Origin: an uncultured Oscillospiraceae bacterium
Lineage (GTDB): Bacteria > Bacillota > Clostridia > Oscillospirales > Oscillospiraceae
Reading direction: 5' to 3'
DNA: 64,000 nucleotides
Assembly: GCA_947629975.1 (NCBI GenBank)
Contig: CANRFU010000001.1
Coordinates: 255 to 64,254 of the forward strand
Within the stretch, counting starts at the first letter, position 1. Every line of letters starts with the position of its first letter. The position numbers and the translations under genes are program-made. The notes beneath the pieces are model-generated. The model searched no databases and was not told the DNA's origin. It worked only from the letters and a program-made list of their open reading frames with translations. Shown here one piece after another: positions 37,406 to 47,634 of the stretch.

Positions 37406-38281
37406 ATGAGCGACTATGTCATTATCACCGATTCTTCCGCCGATCTGTCCGCTTCCATGGTCAGGGACCTGGGGGTGGAGGTCCTTCCCCTGGCCTTCAC
37501 CATCGACGGCAAGACCTACCTCAACTATCCCGACAACCGGGATATGACCCCCGATGAGCTGACCCGCCGGCAAAAGGCAGGCTCCATGGCCACCACCAAC
37601 GCCGTCAACGTGGGTCAGGCGGTCGAGGCCTTAGAACCCTATCTGAAAGCCGGCAAAGATGTGCTGGTGCTGGGCTTCTCCTCCGGCCTCTCCACCACCT
37701 GCAACTCCTTTATGATCGCTGCGGAGAGCCTCCGGGAGCAGTACCCCGACCGGAAGATCTATGTAGTGGATACCCTCTGCGCCTCCCTGGGCCAGGGCCT
37801 GCTGGTCTATCTGGCCGCCAAGGAGAGGGCGGCCGGCAAGTCCATCGAGGAGGTGCGGGACTGGACGGAGGCCAACAAGCTCCACCTGTGCCACTGGTTC
37901 ACCGTCAACGACCTGTTCTTCCTCAAAAAGGGCGGCCGGGTGTCCGCCGCCACCGCCGTGGTGGGCACCATGCTCCAGATCAAGCCCATCCTCCATGTGG
38001 ACGACGAGGGCCACCTGATCAAGGTGACCACCGCCCGGGGCCGCAAGGCGTCTCTCGCCGGGCTGCTGGACAAGATGGCGGAACTGGCCGACCCGGACCC
38101 CGCAGGCCAGGTGGTCTTTATCAGCCACACCGACTCCTACGAGGAGGCCGATCAGCTGGCCGCCGAGGTCAAGGCCCGTTTCGGCGTGAAAGAAGTCGTC
38201 ATCAATCACATCGGCCCCGTCATCGCCGCCCACACCGGCCCCGGCTGCATGGCCCTGTTTTTCCTGGGAAAACACCGTTAA
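37406..38281 (+). CDS. DegV family fatty-acid-binding protein
   Basis: ITDSSADL, FSSGLSTT, DTLCASLGQG, KGGRVS, IKPIL, GPVIAAHTGP. Confidence 0.93.
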   Translation: MSDYVIITDSSADLSASMVRDLGVEVLPLAFTIDGKTYLNYPDNRDMTPDELTRRQKAGSMATTNAVNVGQAVEALEPYLKAGKDVLVLGFSSGLSTTCNSFMIAAESLREQYPDRKIYVVDTLCASLGQGLLVYLAAKERAAGKSIEEVRDWTEANKLHLCHWFTVNDLFFLKKGGRVSAATAVVGTMLQIKPILHVDDEGHLIKVTTARGRKASLAGLLDKMAELADPDPAGQVVFISHTDSYEEADQLAAEVKARFGVKEVVINHIGPVIAAHTGPGCMALFFLGKHR

Positions 38282-38317
38282 ACCGCCGCACCCGAAAATT
38301 CAAAGGAGGGAACCGCT

Positions 38318-39043
38318 ATGAAAGCTCTGCGCGCAAATTTCGGATTCATCATCCTGTGCCTGGTGGAGCTGGCCATCGGCATCGTCCTGCTGATCGACCC
38401 GGACCGATTCACCCGCACGGCGCTGTTCCTGGTGGGTATTGTGCTGCTGGCGGCCGGCGCCGTCTGCGTGGTGCGCTACCTGGTCTCCCCGCCGGAGCGG
38501 GCCGCCGAGGAGAAGAACCTTGCCATCGGCCTGCTGTGCCTGATCGCCGGCGCCCTGTTCGTGTTCCGCAACAGCCTCTTCCCTTCGCTCACCCACATCT
38601 ACGGCATCGCGCTGCTGGTGGTGGGGGCCGTCAAGTTCCAGCAGGGCTTCGACCGGCTCCGCTTCCACCTGCCCTACTGGTATCTCACGGTCATCAACGC
38701 GCTGATCGCCCTGGTCATCAGCGTGCTGATCCTGATCGACCCCTTCAAGGCCCTGGAGATGCTGTGGCGCATCGTGGCCATCGCGCTGATCGTGGAGGCC
38801 GTTCTGGACCTGGCCGCCATCGTCACCGGCATCAAGGCCGGTCCCGTGCCCAGCGGCCCGCCCCTGGGGCAGGTGCCCCAGCGGTTCACCTCCGGCAAGA
38901 GCGCCGCGGCTCCTTCCGCCGGATCCGATCCCGACTTCCGGCCCGTCCCTCCCGACGCCCCCGCGAACGGGACGCCCTCCGCCCCGGCCCCCTCTCCCTA
39001 TACGGCCGAGGATATGAAACCGGTGGACCCCGACGGGAAATAG
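38318..39043 (+). CDS. HdeD/DUF308 family membrane protein with a Pro-rich tail
   Basis: Repeated helical-hairpin TM pattern, LIDP motifs. Confidence 0.7.
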   Translation: MKALRANFGFIILCLVELAIGIVLLIDPDRFTRTALFLVGIVLLAAGAVCVVRYLVSPPERAAEEKNLAIGLLCLIAGALFVFRNSLFPSLTHIYGIALLVVGAVKFQQGFDRLRFHLPYWYLTVINALIALVISVLILIDPFKALEMLWRIVAIALIVEAVLDLAAIVTGIKAGPVPSGPPLGQVPQRFTSGKSAAAPSAGSDPDFRPVPPDAPANGTPSAPAPSPYTAEDMKPVDPDGK

Positions 39044-39057
39044 TAAATGACGATAGA

Positions 39058-39085
39058 ACAAGCCCCGCCGTTCGGCGGGGCTTGT
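39058..39085. terminator. Bidirectional terminator
   Basis: ACAAGCCCCGCC-GTTC-GGCGGGGCTTGT. Confidence 0.75.
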
Positions 39086-39129
39086 CTTATGCCGCCCGGT
39101 CCAACGGACCCGGCGCCGGTCTGATCGTG

Positions 39130-40824
39130 TCAGCGCAGTTTTTCCGCCTTGTACGCCTCCGCCGCGGACAGCAGTTCCTCCGCTCCCCGGAGCATGGCGC
39201 CGGTGACGGCTCCGCCGCTCAGACGGGCGATCTCCTCCTTGCGTCCCTCCCGCTCCAGGCGGGTCACTTCGGTATAGGTGCGTCCGTCCCGCTCCCCCTT
39301 TTCCACGGAGAAGTGCACGTCTCCCATGGCGGCGATCTGGGGCAGATGAGTCACGCACAGCACCTGCCGCCCCCTTGACACCTGGAACAGTTTCCGCGCC
39401 ACCTTTGCCGCCGCCCGGCCTGACACCCCGGCGTCCACCTCGTCGAAGATGAGGGTGGACACCTCCTCCGTCTCGGCCAGCACGTTTTTCAACGCCAGCA
39501 TGATCCGGGACAGCTCGCCGCCGGAGGCGATCCGGTTGATGGGCTTCAGATCCTCCCCCACGTTGGCGGACATGAGGAACCGCACCGTGTCCATGCCGGT
39601 ATCGTCCATGCCGTCGGGCGCGTCCTTGGGGGAGAACTCCACCTGAAAACGCACCTTGGGCATATCCAGCTCCGTCAGTTCCGCCTGGATGCGGGCCGAC
39701 AGGGCGCCGGCGGCCTTCCGGCGCTCCCCGGAGAGCTTTTTGCCCTCCTCCGCGGCCCGCTCCAGGGCCGTTTTCAACTCCTGCTCCAGTCTGGCGGTCC
39801 GCTCCTCGGAAAACTGGATGGCGTCCAGTTCCGCCTTGCACTTCGCCAGGTAGTCCAGCATCTCCCCGGTGGTGCCGCCATATTTCTTTTCCAGCCGGTA
39901 GAGCCGGTCCAGCCGCGCCTCCACCTCGTCCAGCTCGCCGGGATAGAAGTCGAAGGCGCTCCGGGCGTCCCGCACCCGCTCCGCCAAATCGTCCAGATCG
40001 CAGCGAAGCCGGGTGGCCGCCTGGGCCAACTCCCGCAGCTCGGCGCTGTGCCTGCCGCCGGCGGCCAGGTGGCCCTCCGCCTCCATCAGGAGCGACAGCG
40101 CCCCGTCCCCGTCCTCGCCGCCGGTGAGGGCCGCCCAGGCCCCCTCTACCGAGGAGGTGAGGCGCTCCGCGTTCCGGAGGATCTCCCGGCGGTCGGACAA
40201 CTCCTCGTCCTCGCCGGGGCGGAGGCCGGCCGCCTCCAGCTCGTCGATCTGATATTCCAGCGTGTCGATCCGCCGGGCCTTCTCCGCGTCGTCCATCCGG
40301 AGGGCGGAGAGGGTCCCACGGATCTCCTTCACTCTGCCGTAGGCGGCGGCAAAGGCGGCCCTCCGCTCCCCTGTCCCGCCGAAGCTGTCCAGATAGTCCA
40401 GGTGCCGGTCCTCGTCCAAAAGCTGCTGGCCGTCGTGCTGGCCGTGGATGTTCAGCAGCCGCAGCCCGAGCTCACGGAGCTGGCCCACCAGCATGGGGAC
40501 GCCGCCCACCCGGCAGACGTTCCTGCCATCCCCCTGAATGACGCGCTCCAGCAGCAATTCGCCGTTCTCGTCGGGGCCGACGCCGGTCTCGTCGAACCAG
40601 GCGAGGGCGGGGAGATCCCGGAACACCGCCGTCACCCGGGCGGACTTTGCCCCGGTGCGGATCAGATCCCGGCTGGTGCGCCCCCCCAGGACGGCCCCGA
40701 TGGCGTCGATGACGATGGACTTGCCCGCGCCGGTCTCGCCGGTGAGGACGTTGAATCCCCCGTCAAAGGAGATGTCCGCCCGGTCGATGACCGCGATATT
40801 CTCGATGTGCAGCAGAGACAGCAT
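39130..40824 (-). CDS. recN: DNA repair protein RecN
   Basis: LTGETGAGKS, ASGGELSR, IFDEVDAGVSG, CVTHLPQIA. Confidence 0.97.
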   Translation of the reverse strand: MLSLLHIENIAVIDRADISFDGGFNVLTGETGAGKSIVIDAIGAVLGGRTSRDLIRTGAKSARVTAVFRDLPALAWFDETGVGPDENGELLLERVIQGDGRNVCRVGGVPMLVGQLRELGLRLLNIHGQHDGQQLLDEDRHLDYLDSFGGTGERRAAFAAAYGRVKEIRGTLSALRMDDAEKARRIDTLEYQIDELEAAGLRPGEDEELSDRREILRNAERLTSSVEGAWAALTGGEDGDGALSLLMEAEGHLAAGGRHSAELRELAQAATRLRCDLDDLAERVRDARSAFDFYPGELDEVEARLDRLYRLEKKYGGTTGEMLDYLAKCKAELDAIQFSEERTARLEQELKTALERAAEEGKKLSGERRKAAGALSARIQAELTELDMPKVRFQVEFSPKDAPDGMDDTGMDTVRFLMSANVGEDLKPINRIASGGELSRIMLALKNVLAETEEVSTLIFDEVDAGVSGRAAAKVARKLFQVSRGRQVLCVTHLPQIAAMGDVHFSVEKGERDGRTYTEVTRLEREGRKEEIARLSGGAVTGAMLRGAEELLSAAEAYKAEKLR

Positions 40825-40830
40825 TTCTCA

Positions 40831-41289
40831 TCACCCTCGATCCAGCAGGCCGCCGATCAGTTTGCACAGCCGCTCGGCGGCCTGATTGGTCCGCATAATG
40901 AGCAGGACGGTGTCGTCCCCGGCCAGGGAACCCACCAGCCCGTCCACCTCCATGCCGTCCAGGGCCGCGCCGGCGGCGGGGGCCAGCCCCGGCATGGTCT
41001 TGACCACCACCAGGTTCTGCGCGCAGTCGTAGGAGGTGACCCCCTCCTTGAAGATGCTCTGCATCCTCCCCGCCGTCCGGCGGACAGGCGCCCCGGAAGA
41101 GGCCACATAGCGGTAGCGGCCGTCCTCCGCCGGCTGCTTCACCAGGTTCAGCTCCTTGATATCCCGGGAGATCGTGGCCTGGGTGGCCCGGATGCCGGAG
41201 GCCCTCAGCAATTCCAGCATCTGCTCCTGGGTCTCCACATCCCGCTCCGAAATGATGCGCAGGATCTCCGCCTGCCGGTTGGATTTCAT
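40831..41289 (-). CDS. argR: Arginine repressor
   Basis: TQATISRDIKEL, KTMPGLA, LAGDDT. Confidence 0.95.
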   Translation of the reverse strand: MKSNRQAEILRIISERDVETQEQMLELLRASGIRATQATISRDIKELNLVKQPAEDGRYRYVASSGAPVRRTAGRMQSIFKEGVTSYDCAQNLVVVKTMPGLAPAAGAALDGMEVDGLVGSLAGDDTVLLIMRTNQAAERLCKLIGGLLDRG

Positions 41290-41293
41290 GCCC

Positions 41294-42163
41294 TCACACC
41301 TTTCCCAGTTTCTGATTGATGCGCTCATAAAAGCTTCGGCCCGTCAGCTTCACCAGCTTGGTCTCCTGCCTGGACCGGCGGCATTCCACCCAGTCCCCCG
41401 GCTGGATGCGGAAGGCCCTGCCCCCGTCCACCGACAGGTAGGCGGACTTCTTGCCGCCCGCCGCGGACATCCGCACCCCTACCGCGCGGTCGGCGTTCAG
41501 CACAAAGGGCTTGGCGTGGAGGGAGTGGGCGCAGATGGGGGATACGATGATATTCTCCGCCGTCGGCTCCACGATGGGTCCCCCCGCCGCCATTGAGTAG
41601 GCGGTGGAACCGGTGGGGGTGGCGATGACCACCCCGTCCCCGGAGAAGGAGGAGATGGTCACTCTGTCGCCGGTGACCTCCAGATCCAGCACCCGGGCCA
41701 CCGCCCCCTTGGTGATCACCGCGTCATTGAGGGCGGTCTCGGAAAACACCTGCCGCCCCTCCCGCCGGACGCGCACATCCAGCATCATCCGCCGCTCCAC
41801 GCCGAAGCGCCCGCCGGCCAGCTTGGACAGCAGGGACAGCTCCCCCTGTTCCAGTTCCGCCATGAACCCGATGCTGCCCAGGTTCACCCCCAGCACCGGG
41901 ATATTCCGGGGGGTGGCCTCCCGGGCCGCGTGGAGAATGGTGCCGTCCCCGCCGAAGCACACCAGCACATCGGCCGACTCCAGCTCGGACTCTATGGGGC
42001 GCAGTTCCGCCTCCGCCGGCAGTTCCAGATGGCTGTTCTCATCCAGTTCAAAGGGCAGGCAGATCACCGCCTGGACGCCGCTCTTTTCCAATATGCTCCG
42101 GGCGGTCATGGCCGCCTTGAGGCCCCGGTCCCGATAGGGATTGGGGCTGAGCACTACTTTCAT
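41294..42163 (-). CDS. nadK: NAD kinase
   Basis: GGDGT, LND, TPTGSTAYS. Confidence 0.95.
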   Translation of the reverse strand: MKVVLSPNPYRDRGLKAAMTARSILEKSGVQAVICLPFELDENSHLELPAEAELRPIESELESADVLVCFGGDGTILHAAREATPRNIPVLGVNLGSIGFMAELEQGELSLLSKLAGGRFGVERRMMLDVRVRREGRQVFSETALNDAVITKGAVARVLDLEVTGDRVTISSFSGDGVVIATPTGSTAYSMAAGGPIVEPTAENIIVSPICAHSLHAKPFVLNADRAVGVRMSAAGGKKSAYLSVDGGRAFRIQPGDWVECRRSRQETKLVKLTGRSFYERINQKLGKV

Positions 42164-42966
42164 GTCGATCCCTCCAATGCCGCGTGGGAGCGCTCCACCA
42201 GATTTCTCAGGTCAACGGCGGCGTCATCCCCGCCGCCGGCCGTCAGGAAGCCCAGGTACTCGATGTTTCCCTCCGGCCCCCGAATGGGTGAAAAGTCGAT
42301 TCCCTTTACAGAAAAATCCGCCTGCGCGGCGTGCTTCAAAAACCGTTCCAGCACCTCCAGGTGGACGGCGGGGTCGCGGACGACCCCCTTTCTGCCCACC
42401 TTCTCCCGGCCCGCCTCGAACTGTGGCTTGATGAGGGCCGCAACCTGTCCGCTCTCCTTCAGCAGAGGCCGCAGGGCGGGCAAAATCAGCCCCAGGGAGA
42501 TGAAGGACACGTCGATGGAGGAAAAGTCCAGAGGCTCCGGGATCTGTTCTTTTGTGAGATACCGGGCGTTGGTGCGCTCCAGACACACCACCCGGGGGTC
42601 CTCCCGCAGCTGCCATGCCAGCTGCCCGTAACCCACGTCCACGGCGTAGACTTTGACCGCGCCGTTTTGCAGCATACAGTCGGTGAAGCCGCCGGTGGAG
42701 GCGCCGATGTCCGCCGCCACCTTCCCCTCCAGGGTGATGGGGAAGCACTTCATGGCCTTCTCCAGCTTCAGGCCGCCCCGGCTCACATATCTGAGCGTCT
42801 GGCCGCGGATCTCCAAAGGCGCGTCCGCATCCATGGCCATGCCGGCCTTGTCGCACCGGCGCTCCCCGGAATACACCTGTCCCGCCATGATGACCGCCTG
42901 GGCCCTCTGCCGGCTCTCCGCAAGGCCGCGCTCCACCAGGAGCACGTCCACCCGCTTTTTAGCCAT
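42160..42966 (-). CDS. tlyA: TlyA family rRNA methyltransferase
   Basis: S4 domain, YVSRGGLKL, DIGASTGGFTD, DVSFISL, IKPQFEAG. Confidence 0.96.
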   Translation of the reverse strand: MAKKRVDVLLVERGLAESRQRAQAVIMAGQVYSGERRCDKAGMAMDADAPLEIRGQTLRYVSRGGLKLEKAMKCFPITLEGKVAADIGASTGGFTDCMLQNGAVKVYAVDVGYGQLAWQLREDPRVVCLERTNARYLTKEQIPEPLDFSSIDVSFISLGLILPALRPLLKESGQVAALIKPQFEAGREKVGRKGVVRDPAVHLEVLERFLKHAAQADFSVKGIDFSPIRGPEGNIEYLGFLTAGGGDDAAVDLRNLVERSHAALEGST

Positions 42967-44797
42967 GGGCGATCACCTCCATGGCCCGCCTGGCGATGGA
43001 CGCCCCGTCGATGCCGCAGAGCTGGCGCAGTTCCGCCACGGCGCCGTGCTGGACGAACCGGTCCCCCAGGTTGACGAGGGTCACGGACACGCCGGACAGC
43101 CCCCGAAGGGCCAGTTCCGAGGCGAGCCGCCGGCCCACGGAGCCGGTATCCACACACTCCTCCGCCACGATGAGCCGCCCGGTGCGCTTCACGCAGTCCA
43201 CGACGGCATCCGCATCCAGCGGGGAGATGCTGTTCAGCTTCACGATCTGGGCCGAGAGGCCGCTCTTCTCCAACAGTCGGGCGGCGGCCAAAGCCTCGTT
43301 GACCATCGTTCCGTAGACGGCGACGGTCACGTCCCTGCCGTCCCGGAGGATGGATGCGCCCTCGATGCCGCTCATGGCGGTATATTCCCCCTCGCCGCCC
43401 CGGGGATAGCGCACCGCCGCCGGCCCACGGCACTTGGCCACGGCATACCGGAGCATGGCGCGCAGTTCCTCAAAGCTGGCGGGGCAGTATACCTTCATGC
43501 CGGGGACGGAGTTCAGATAGGCCACGTCGAACACGCCCTGGTGGGTCTCGCCGTCCTCTCCCACCAGGCCCGCCCGGTCCACGGCCAGCACCACATGGAG
43601 GTTCTGGATGGCAATGTCGTGGAGGAGCATATCATAGGACCGCTGCAAAAAGGTGGAGTAGATGGCCGCCACCGGAACGGAGCGCTGTTTTGCCATACCG
43701 GCGGCCATGGAAACGGCGTGGCCCTCGGCGATGCCCACGTCGAAAAACCGGTCCGGGAACTGTTTTGCAAACTCCGTCAGGCCGACGCCGTCGGGCATAG
43801 CGGCGGTGATGGCGCACACGTCCTCCCGCTCTGAGGCGAGGCGGCACATGGTCTCCCCAAACACGGAGGAGAATGTGGGACATCCGTTGGGGGCCACAGG
43901 GGTGCCGTCCTCCGGGTGGAAGGGGCCAACGCCGTGGAAACGGTCCGGCTCCCGCTCCGCCGGTGCATAGCCTTTTCCCTTTACAGTCTTGATGTAGAGC
44001 AGGACAGGGCCGTTTATCTCTTTGGCGTATTTCAGCAGCTGGGTGAGATAGGCCACATCGTGGCCGTCCACCGGGCCCAGGTAAGTAAAGCCCATATCCT
44101 CGAACATGCTGCAGTGGAGCACGGCGCTCTTGATGGCCTGCTTCACTTTGTGGGTAAATCGGTACAGCGCCCGTCCCACGGGATTGCCGCCGGTGATGCG
44201 GCGGTAAAACTTTTTGAACCGCAGGTATTGGGGCTTCAGCCGCTGCTTTGCCAGATGGCTGGCCACCCCGCCCACGTTCTTAGTGATGGACATCCCGTTG
44301 TCGTTCAGAATGACGATGATCCGTTCCCCGCTCTGGCCCGCGTCGGACAGACCCTCATAGGCCAGGCCCCCGGTCATGGCGCCGTCCCCCATCAGGGCCA
44401 GCACGCTGTAGTCCTCCCGGTTCCGGGTGCGGGCGCGGGCCATCCCCAGGGCCACAGAGACCGAGTTGGAGGCGTGGCCGGCGATAAAGGCGTCGGAGCG
44501 GTGCTCCCTTGGCTTGGGGAAGCCGGACAGGCCGCCCAGCTTCCGCAGGGAACCCATCTCCCTGCCCCGGCCGGTGAGGAATTTGTGGGCGTAACACTGG
44601 TGTCCCACGTCGAACACCAGCCGGTCGGTGTCCAGATCGAACACCCGGTGGACGGCTACGGTGATCTCCACCGCTCCAAGGCTGGAGGCCAGATGGCCGC
44701 CGGTCCTGGCGACGCTGTCAATGATCTCCCGGCGCAGCTGGTCGCACAGCAGCTTCGCCTGGGCATCGGTGATCTGGCTTAGATCATCCGGGAACAT
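42959..44797 (-). CDS. dxs: 1-deoxy-D-xylulose-5-phosphate synthase
   Basis: GGHLASSLG, FDVGHQ, GDGAMTGG..E, NDN, GIAE, DRAG. Confidence 0.97.
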   Translation of the reverse strand: MFPDDLSQITDAQAKLLCDQLRREIIDSVARTGGHLASSLGAVEITVAVHRVFDLDTDRLVFDVGHQCYAHKFLTGRGREMGSLRKLGGLSGFPKPREHRSDAFIAGHASNSVSVALGMARARTRNREDYSVLALMGDGAMTGGLAYEGLSDAGQSGERIIVILNDNGMSITKNVGGVASHLAKQRLKPQYLRFKKFYRRITGGNPVGRALYRFTHKVKQAIKSAVLHCSMFEDMGFTYLGPVDGHDVAYLTQLLKYAKEINGPVLLYIKTVKGKGYAPAEREPDRFHGVGPFHPEDGTPVAPNGCPTFSSVFGETMCRLASEREDVCAITAAMPDGVGLTEFAKQFPDRFFDVGIAEGHAVSMAAGMAKQRSVPVAAIYSTFLQRSYDMLLHDIAIQNLHVVLAVDRAGLVGEDGETHQGVFDVAYLNSVPGMKVYCPASFEELRAMLRYAVAKCRGPAAVRYPRGGEGEYTAMSGIEGASILRDGRDVTVAVYGTMVNEALAAARLLEKSGLSAQIVKLNSISPLDADAVVDCVKRTGRLIVAEECVDTGSVGRRLASELALRGLSGVSVTLVNLGDRFVQHGAVAELRQLCGIDGASIARRAMEVIAHG

Positions 44798-44840
44798 GGA
44801 GGTCCTCCTCTCTTTGGCTCTCGTGCAGTCGGGCTTGTCC

Positions 44841-45284
44841 TCAGCGGTAGGCCAAAAGGCCGCCGATCACGCCGACGGCGATCCCCAGAACGGCCCCCAC
44901 CAGCACCTGCAGCGGGGTGTGGCCCAGCAGCTCCTTCAGCTGCCTGTCCATGACCTCCGGCGGGATGTCATCCCAGTCCTTGGTGATATAGTTCAGGATC
45001 TTGGACTGCCTGCCCGTCTCCCGGCGGACGTTGGCGGCGTCATACATGACGATGAAGGAGAACAGCGTCACGATGGCGAACAGCGGCGAGGAGAGGCCGG
45101 TGGCGAAGGCCGTCCCCGCGGAACAGGCGCACACCAGCGCCGAGTGGGAGCTGGGCATGCCGCCGCCGGTGTAGAGATACTGGATGTCCACCTTGCGGAA
45201 CGCGATGATGGAGATGATGAATTTCAGCACCTGGGCAATGGCCCAGGCGGAGATGCCCATGATGAGGATCGGGTTGATGAACAT
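44841..45284 (-). CDS. Divergent PAP2 family (YuiD-like) protein
   Basis: GGMPSSHS, VMYDAANVRR, LGHTPLQV. Confidence 0.9.
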   Translation of the reverse strand: MFINPILIMGISAWAIAQVLKFIISIIAFRKVDIQYLYTGGGMPSSHSALVCACSAGTAFATGLSSPLFAIVTLFSFIVMYDAANVRRETGRQSKILNYITKDWDDIPPEVMDRQLKELLGHTPLQVLVGAVLGIAVGVIGGLLAYR

Positions 45285-45307
45285 GGCCGACGCTCCTTCC
45301 CATTCGC

Positions 45308-46189
45308 TCAGTGTCTGCGGCCGGCCAGCAGGTCTGCCATCCGGCACAGAAACTCCGGATCGGGCAGCGCCCGGGCCGCCGCTTTGGCCCCCTCGGTGAG
45401 GCGCGCTACCATTTGCGCACACTTCTCCGCCCCGTACAGCGTCATAAAGGTGGTCTTGCCCTCCGCCCTGTCCGAGCCGATGGGCTTGCCCAGCTCCGCC
45501 TCGGTGGAGAGCTCGTCCAGCATATCGTCCCGGATCTGGAAGGCGGCCCCAATAAAAGCGCCGTACCGCATGGCGGCGTCCTCCTGCTCCTCTGTGCCTC
45601 CGGCGGCCAGGACGCCCATCCGGCAGGCGGCGGTGAGCAGACTGCCCGTCTTGCGGCTCTGCAGTTCGGTGACCTCCTCCTCGGACAGGATACGCGTCTC
45701 GCTGTCCATGTCCATGAACTGGCCGCCGCAGATGCCGTCCACCCCGGCGGCGTCGGCCAGGGCCTCGGCGCAGGCGGCCCTCCGCTCTGCCGGGAGGGAG
45801 GAGCGCAAAACGGTCCCGAAGGCCTCGGCCTGGAGCGCGTCCCCCGCCAGCACGGCGGTACACTCCCCGAAGACCTTGTGGTTGGTGGGCCTGCCCCGGC
45901 GGAGGTCGTCGTCGTCCATGCAGGGCAGATCGTCGTGGATGAGGGAGTAGGTGTGGAGCATCTCCACGGCGCAGGCCGCCGGCAGGGCGGCGTCCACGTC
46001 TCCGCCGCAGGCACGGCAGAACTCCAGCACCAGCACCGGCCGGATGCGCTTGCCCCCGGCCATCAGGCTGTAATCCATGGCCTCCATGAGCCCGTCGAAC
46101 CGGAACCCCCGCTTGTCCTCCCCAAAATATCGGGACAGCGCGCCCTCCACCTTCTCCCGGAGGGCGCTGTACTCCTGTTCAAAGTCCAT
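45308..46189 (-). CDS. ispA: Polyprenyl (farnesyl) diphosphate synthase
   Basis: GGKRIRP, LIHDDLPCMDDDDLRRG, KT, FQIRDD. Confidence 0.95.
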   Translation of the reverse strand: MDFEQEYSALREKVEGALSRYFGEDKRGFRFDGLMEAMDYSLMAGGKRIRPVLVLEFCRACGGDVDAALPAACAVEMLHTYSLIHDDLPCMDDDDLRRGRPTNHKVFGECTAVLAGDALQAEAFGTVLRSSLPAERRAACAEALADAAGVDGICGGQFMDMDSETRILSEEEVTELQSRKTGSLLTAACRMGVLAAGGTEEQEDAAMRYGAFIGAAFQIRDDMLDELSTEAELGKPIGSDRAEGKTTFMTLYGAEKCAQMVARLTEGAKAAARALPDPEFLCRMADLLAGRRH

Positions 46190-46192
46190 GGC

Positions 46193-46417
46193 TCAGCCCT
46201 CCTTGGTCTCAAAGGGAACCTCGCTGCCGTCCGCCAGCAGGAGGTTCACCTTCTGCTCCGCCCTGTCCAGCTGCTCCTCGCACTGGGCGGCCAGCTTCGC
46301 CCCCTCCTCGAACAGCTTCAGGGATTGGTCCAGGTCGCAGTCCCCCCGCTCCAATTTGGAGACGATCTCCTCCAGGCGGCCCATGGCCTGCTCAAAGGTC
46401 TGCTTTTTCACCGCCAT
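46193..46417 (-). CDS. xseB: Exodeoxyribonuclease VII small subunit
   Basis: FEQAMGRLEEIV..LE...L..SLKLFEEG. Confidence 0.95.
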   Translation of the reverse strand: MAVKKQTFEQAMGRLEEIVSKLERGDCDLDQSLKLFEEGAKLAAQCEEQLDRAEQKVNLLLADGSEVPFETKEG

Positions 46418-47634
46418 GACCTCTCCTCCTTCTCTCTCACTTCGCATCGGATCACGCCGTCGGAGACAGCCACATCCAGCCTGTCCCCGATCTCAGCCTG
46501 CCTGATGGACGACACAACAGTCTCTCCCCGACCGGCGATGGCGTACCCCCGACCCAACACCTTCAGCGGGCTGAGGGCGTCCAGCCCAGCGGCCCATCTG
46601 GAAAGGGCGGCCCGCCGATCCTTCATCTGTCCGTCAAAGGCGGCCGCCAGCCGGCGGCGCAGGCTGTCGGTGAGCATCCGCCGCTCCTGGATGGGGGCGG
46701 CCAGGCCCCCCAGGGCCCGGCTGGACCTGAGCCGGTCCAGTTCCCGGCGGCTGTCCTCCAGCCTGCCCCGGATGGACATGCACAGCCGGTAGTTCAGATC
46801 GGCCAGCCGCTCCCCCTGCTCCGCCCGGTCGGGCACCGCCAGCTCGGCGGCGTTGGAGGGAGTGGAGGCCCGCAGGTCTGCCGCGTAGTCGGCGATGGTC
46901 ACGTCCGGTTCGTGGCCCACGGCGGAGATCACCGGGATGTTGGACACATAGATGGCCCTAGCTACGATCTCCTCGTTGAAGGCCCACAGCTCCTCCATGG
47001 AGCCGCCGCCCCGGCCGGTGATGACGAGGTCGATATCCGCCCGGTTGTTGATGCTGTGGATGGCGGCGGCGATCTCCTCCGCCGCCCCCTCCCCCTGGAC
47101 CCGGACGGGGACCACCAGCACCTCCGCCAGCGGCCACCGTTCGCCCAGGATGCGGATCATGTCCCTCACCGCCGCCCCCGCCGGTGAGGTCACCAGCGCG
47201 ATCTTCTGGGGATACTCCGGCAGAGGGGTCTTGTGGCCCTCGTCGAACAGGCCTTCGGCCTCCAGGCGGGCACGGAGCCGCTCGAAGGCCTCGTCCAGCG
47301 CCCCCCTGCCGTCGGGCAGCAGGTCGGCGCAGTAGAGCTGATAGGCCCCGTCCCTGGGAAATACGGACACATGCCCGAAGGCCACCACCCGCATGCCGTT
47401 CTCCGGCCGGAAGCGGAGATGGGCGGCCTCCCCCCGGAACATGACGCACTTCAAAACGCCTGTCTCGTCCTTCAGGGAGAAGTAGTGGTGCCCCGACGGA
47501 TAGCGCTTATAGTTTGAGATCTCCCCGCGGACCAGGATGCTCCGGAGCAGCAGGTCGTCGTCCATCAGGTCCCTCACGTACTCGTTCACCTGTGTGACGG
47601 AATAGACCGGCACGTTGGACAGATCCAGTCTCAT
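46408..47634 (-). CDS. xseA: Exodeoxyribonuclease VII large subunit
   Basis: GEISN, GHHYFSLKD, RGGGSMEEL, AVGHEPD, TPSNAAE, LSPL..L.RGY. Confidence 0.96.
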   Translation of the reverse strand: MRLDLSNVPVYSVTQVNEYVRDLMDDDLLLRSILVRGEISNYKRYPSGHHYFSLKDETGVLKCVMFRGEAAHLRFRPENGMRVVAFGHVSVFPRDGAYQLYCADLLPDGRGALDEAFERLRARLEAEGLFDEGHKTPLPEYPQKIALVTSPAGAAVRDMIRILGERWPLAEVLVVPVRVQGEGAAEEIAAAIHSINNRADIDLVITGRGGGSMEELWAFNEEIVARAIYVSNIPVISAVGHEPDVTIADYAADLRASTPSNAAELAVPDRAEQGERLADLNYRLCMSIRGRLEDSRRELDRLRSSRALGGLAAPIQERRMLTDSLRRRLAAAFDGQMKDRRAALSRWAAGLDALSPLKVLGRGYAIAGRGETVVSSIRQAEIGDRLDVAVSDGVIRCEVREKEERSWR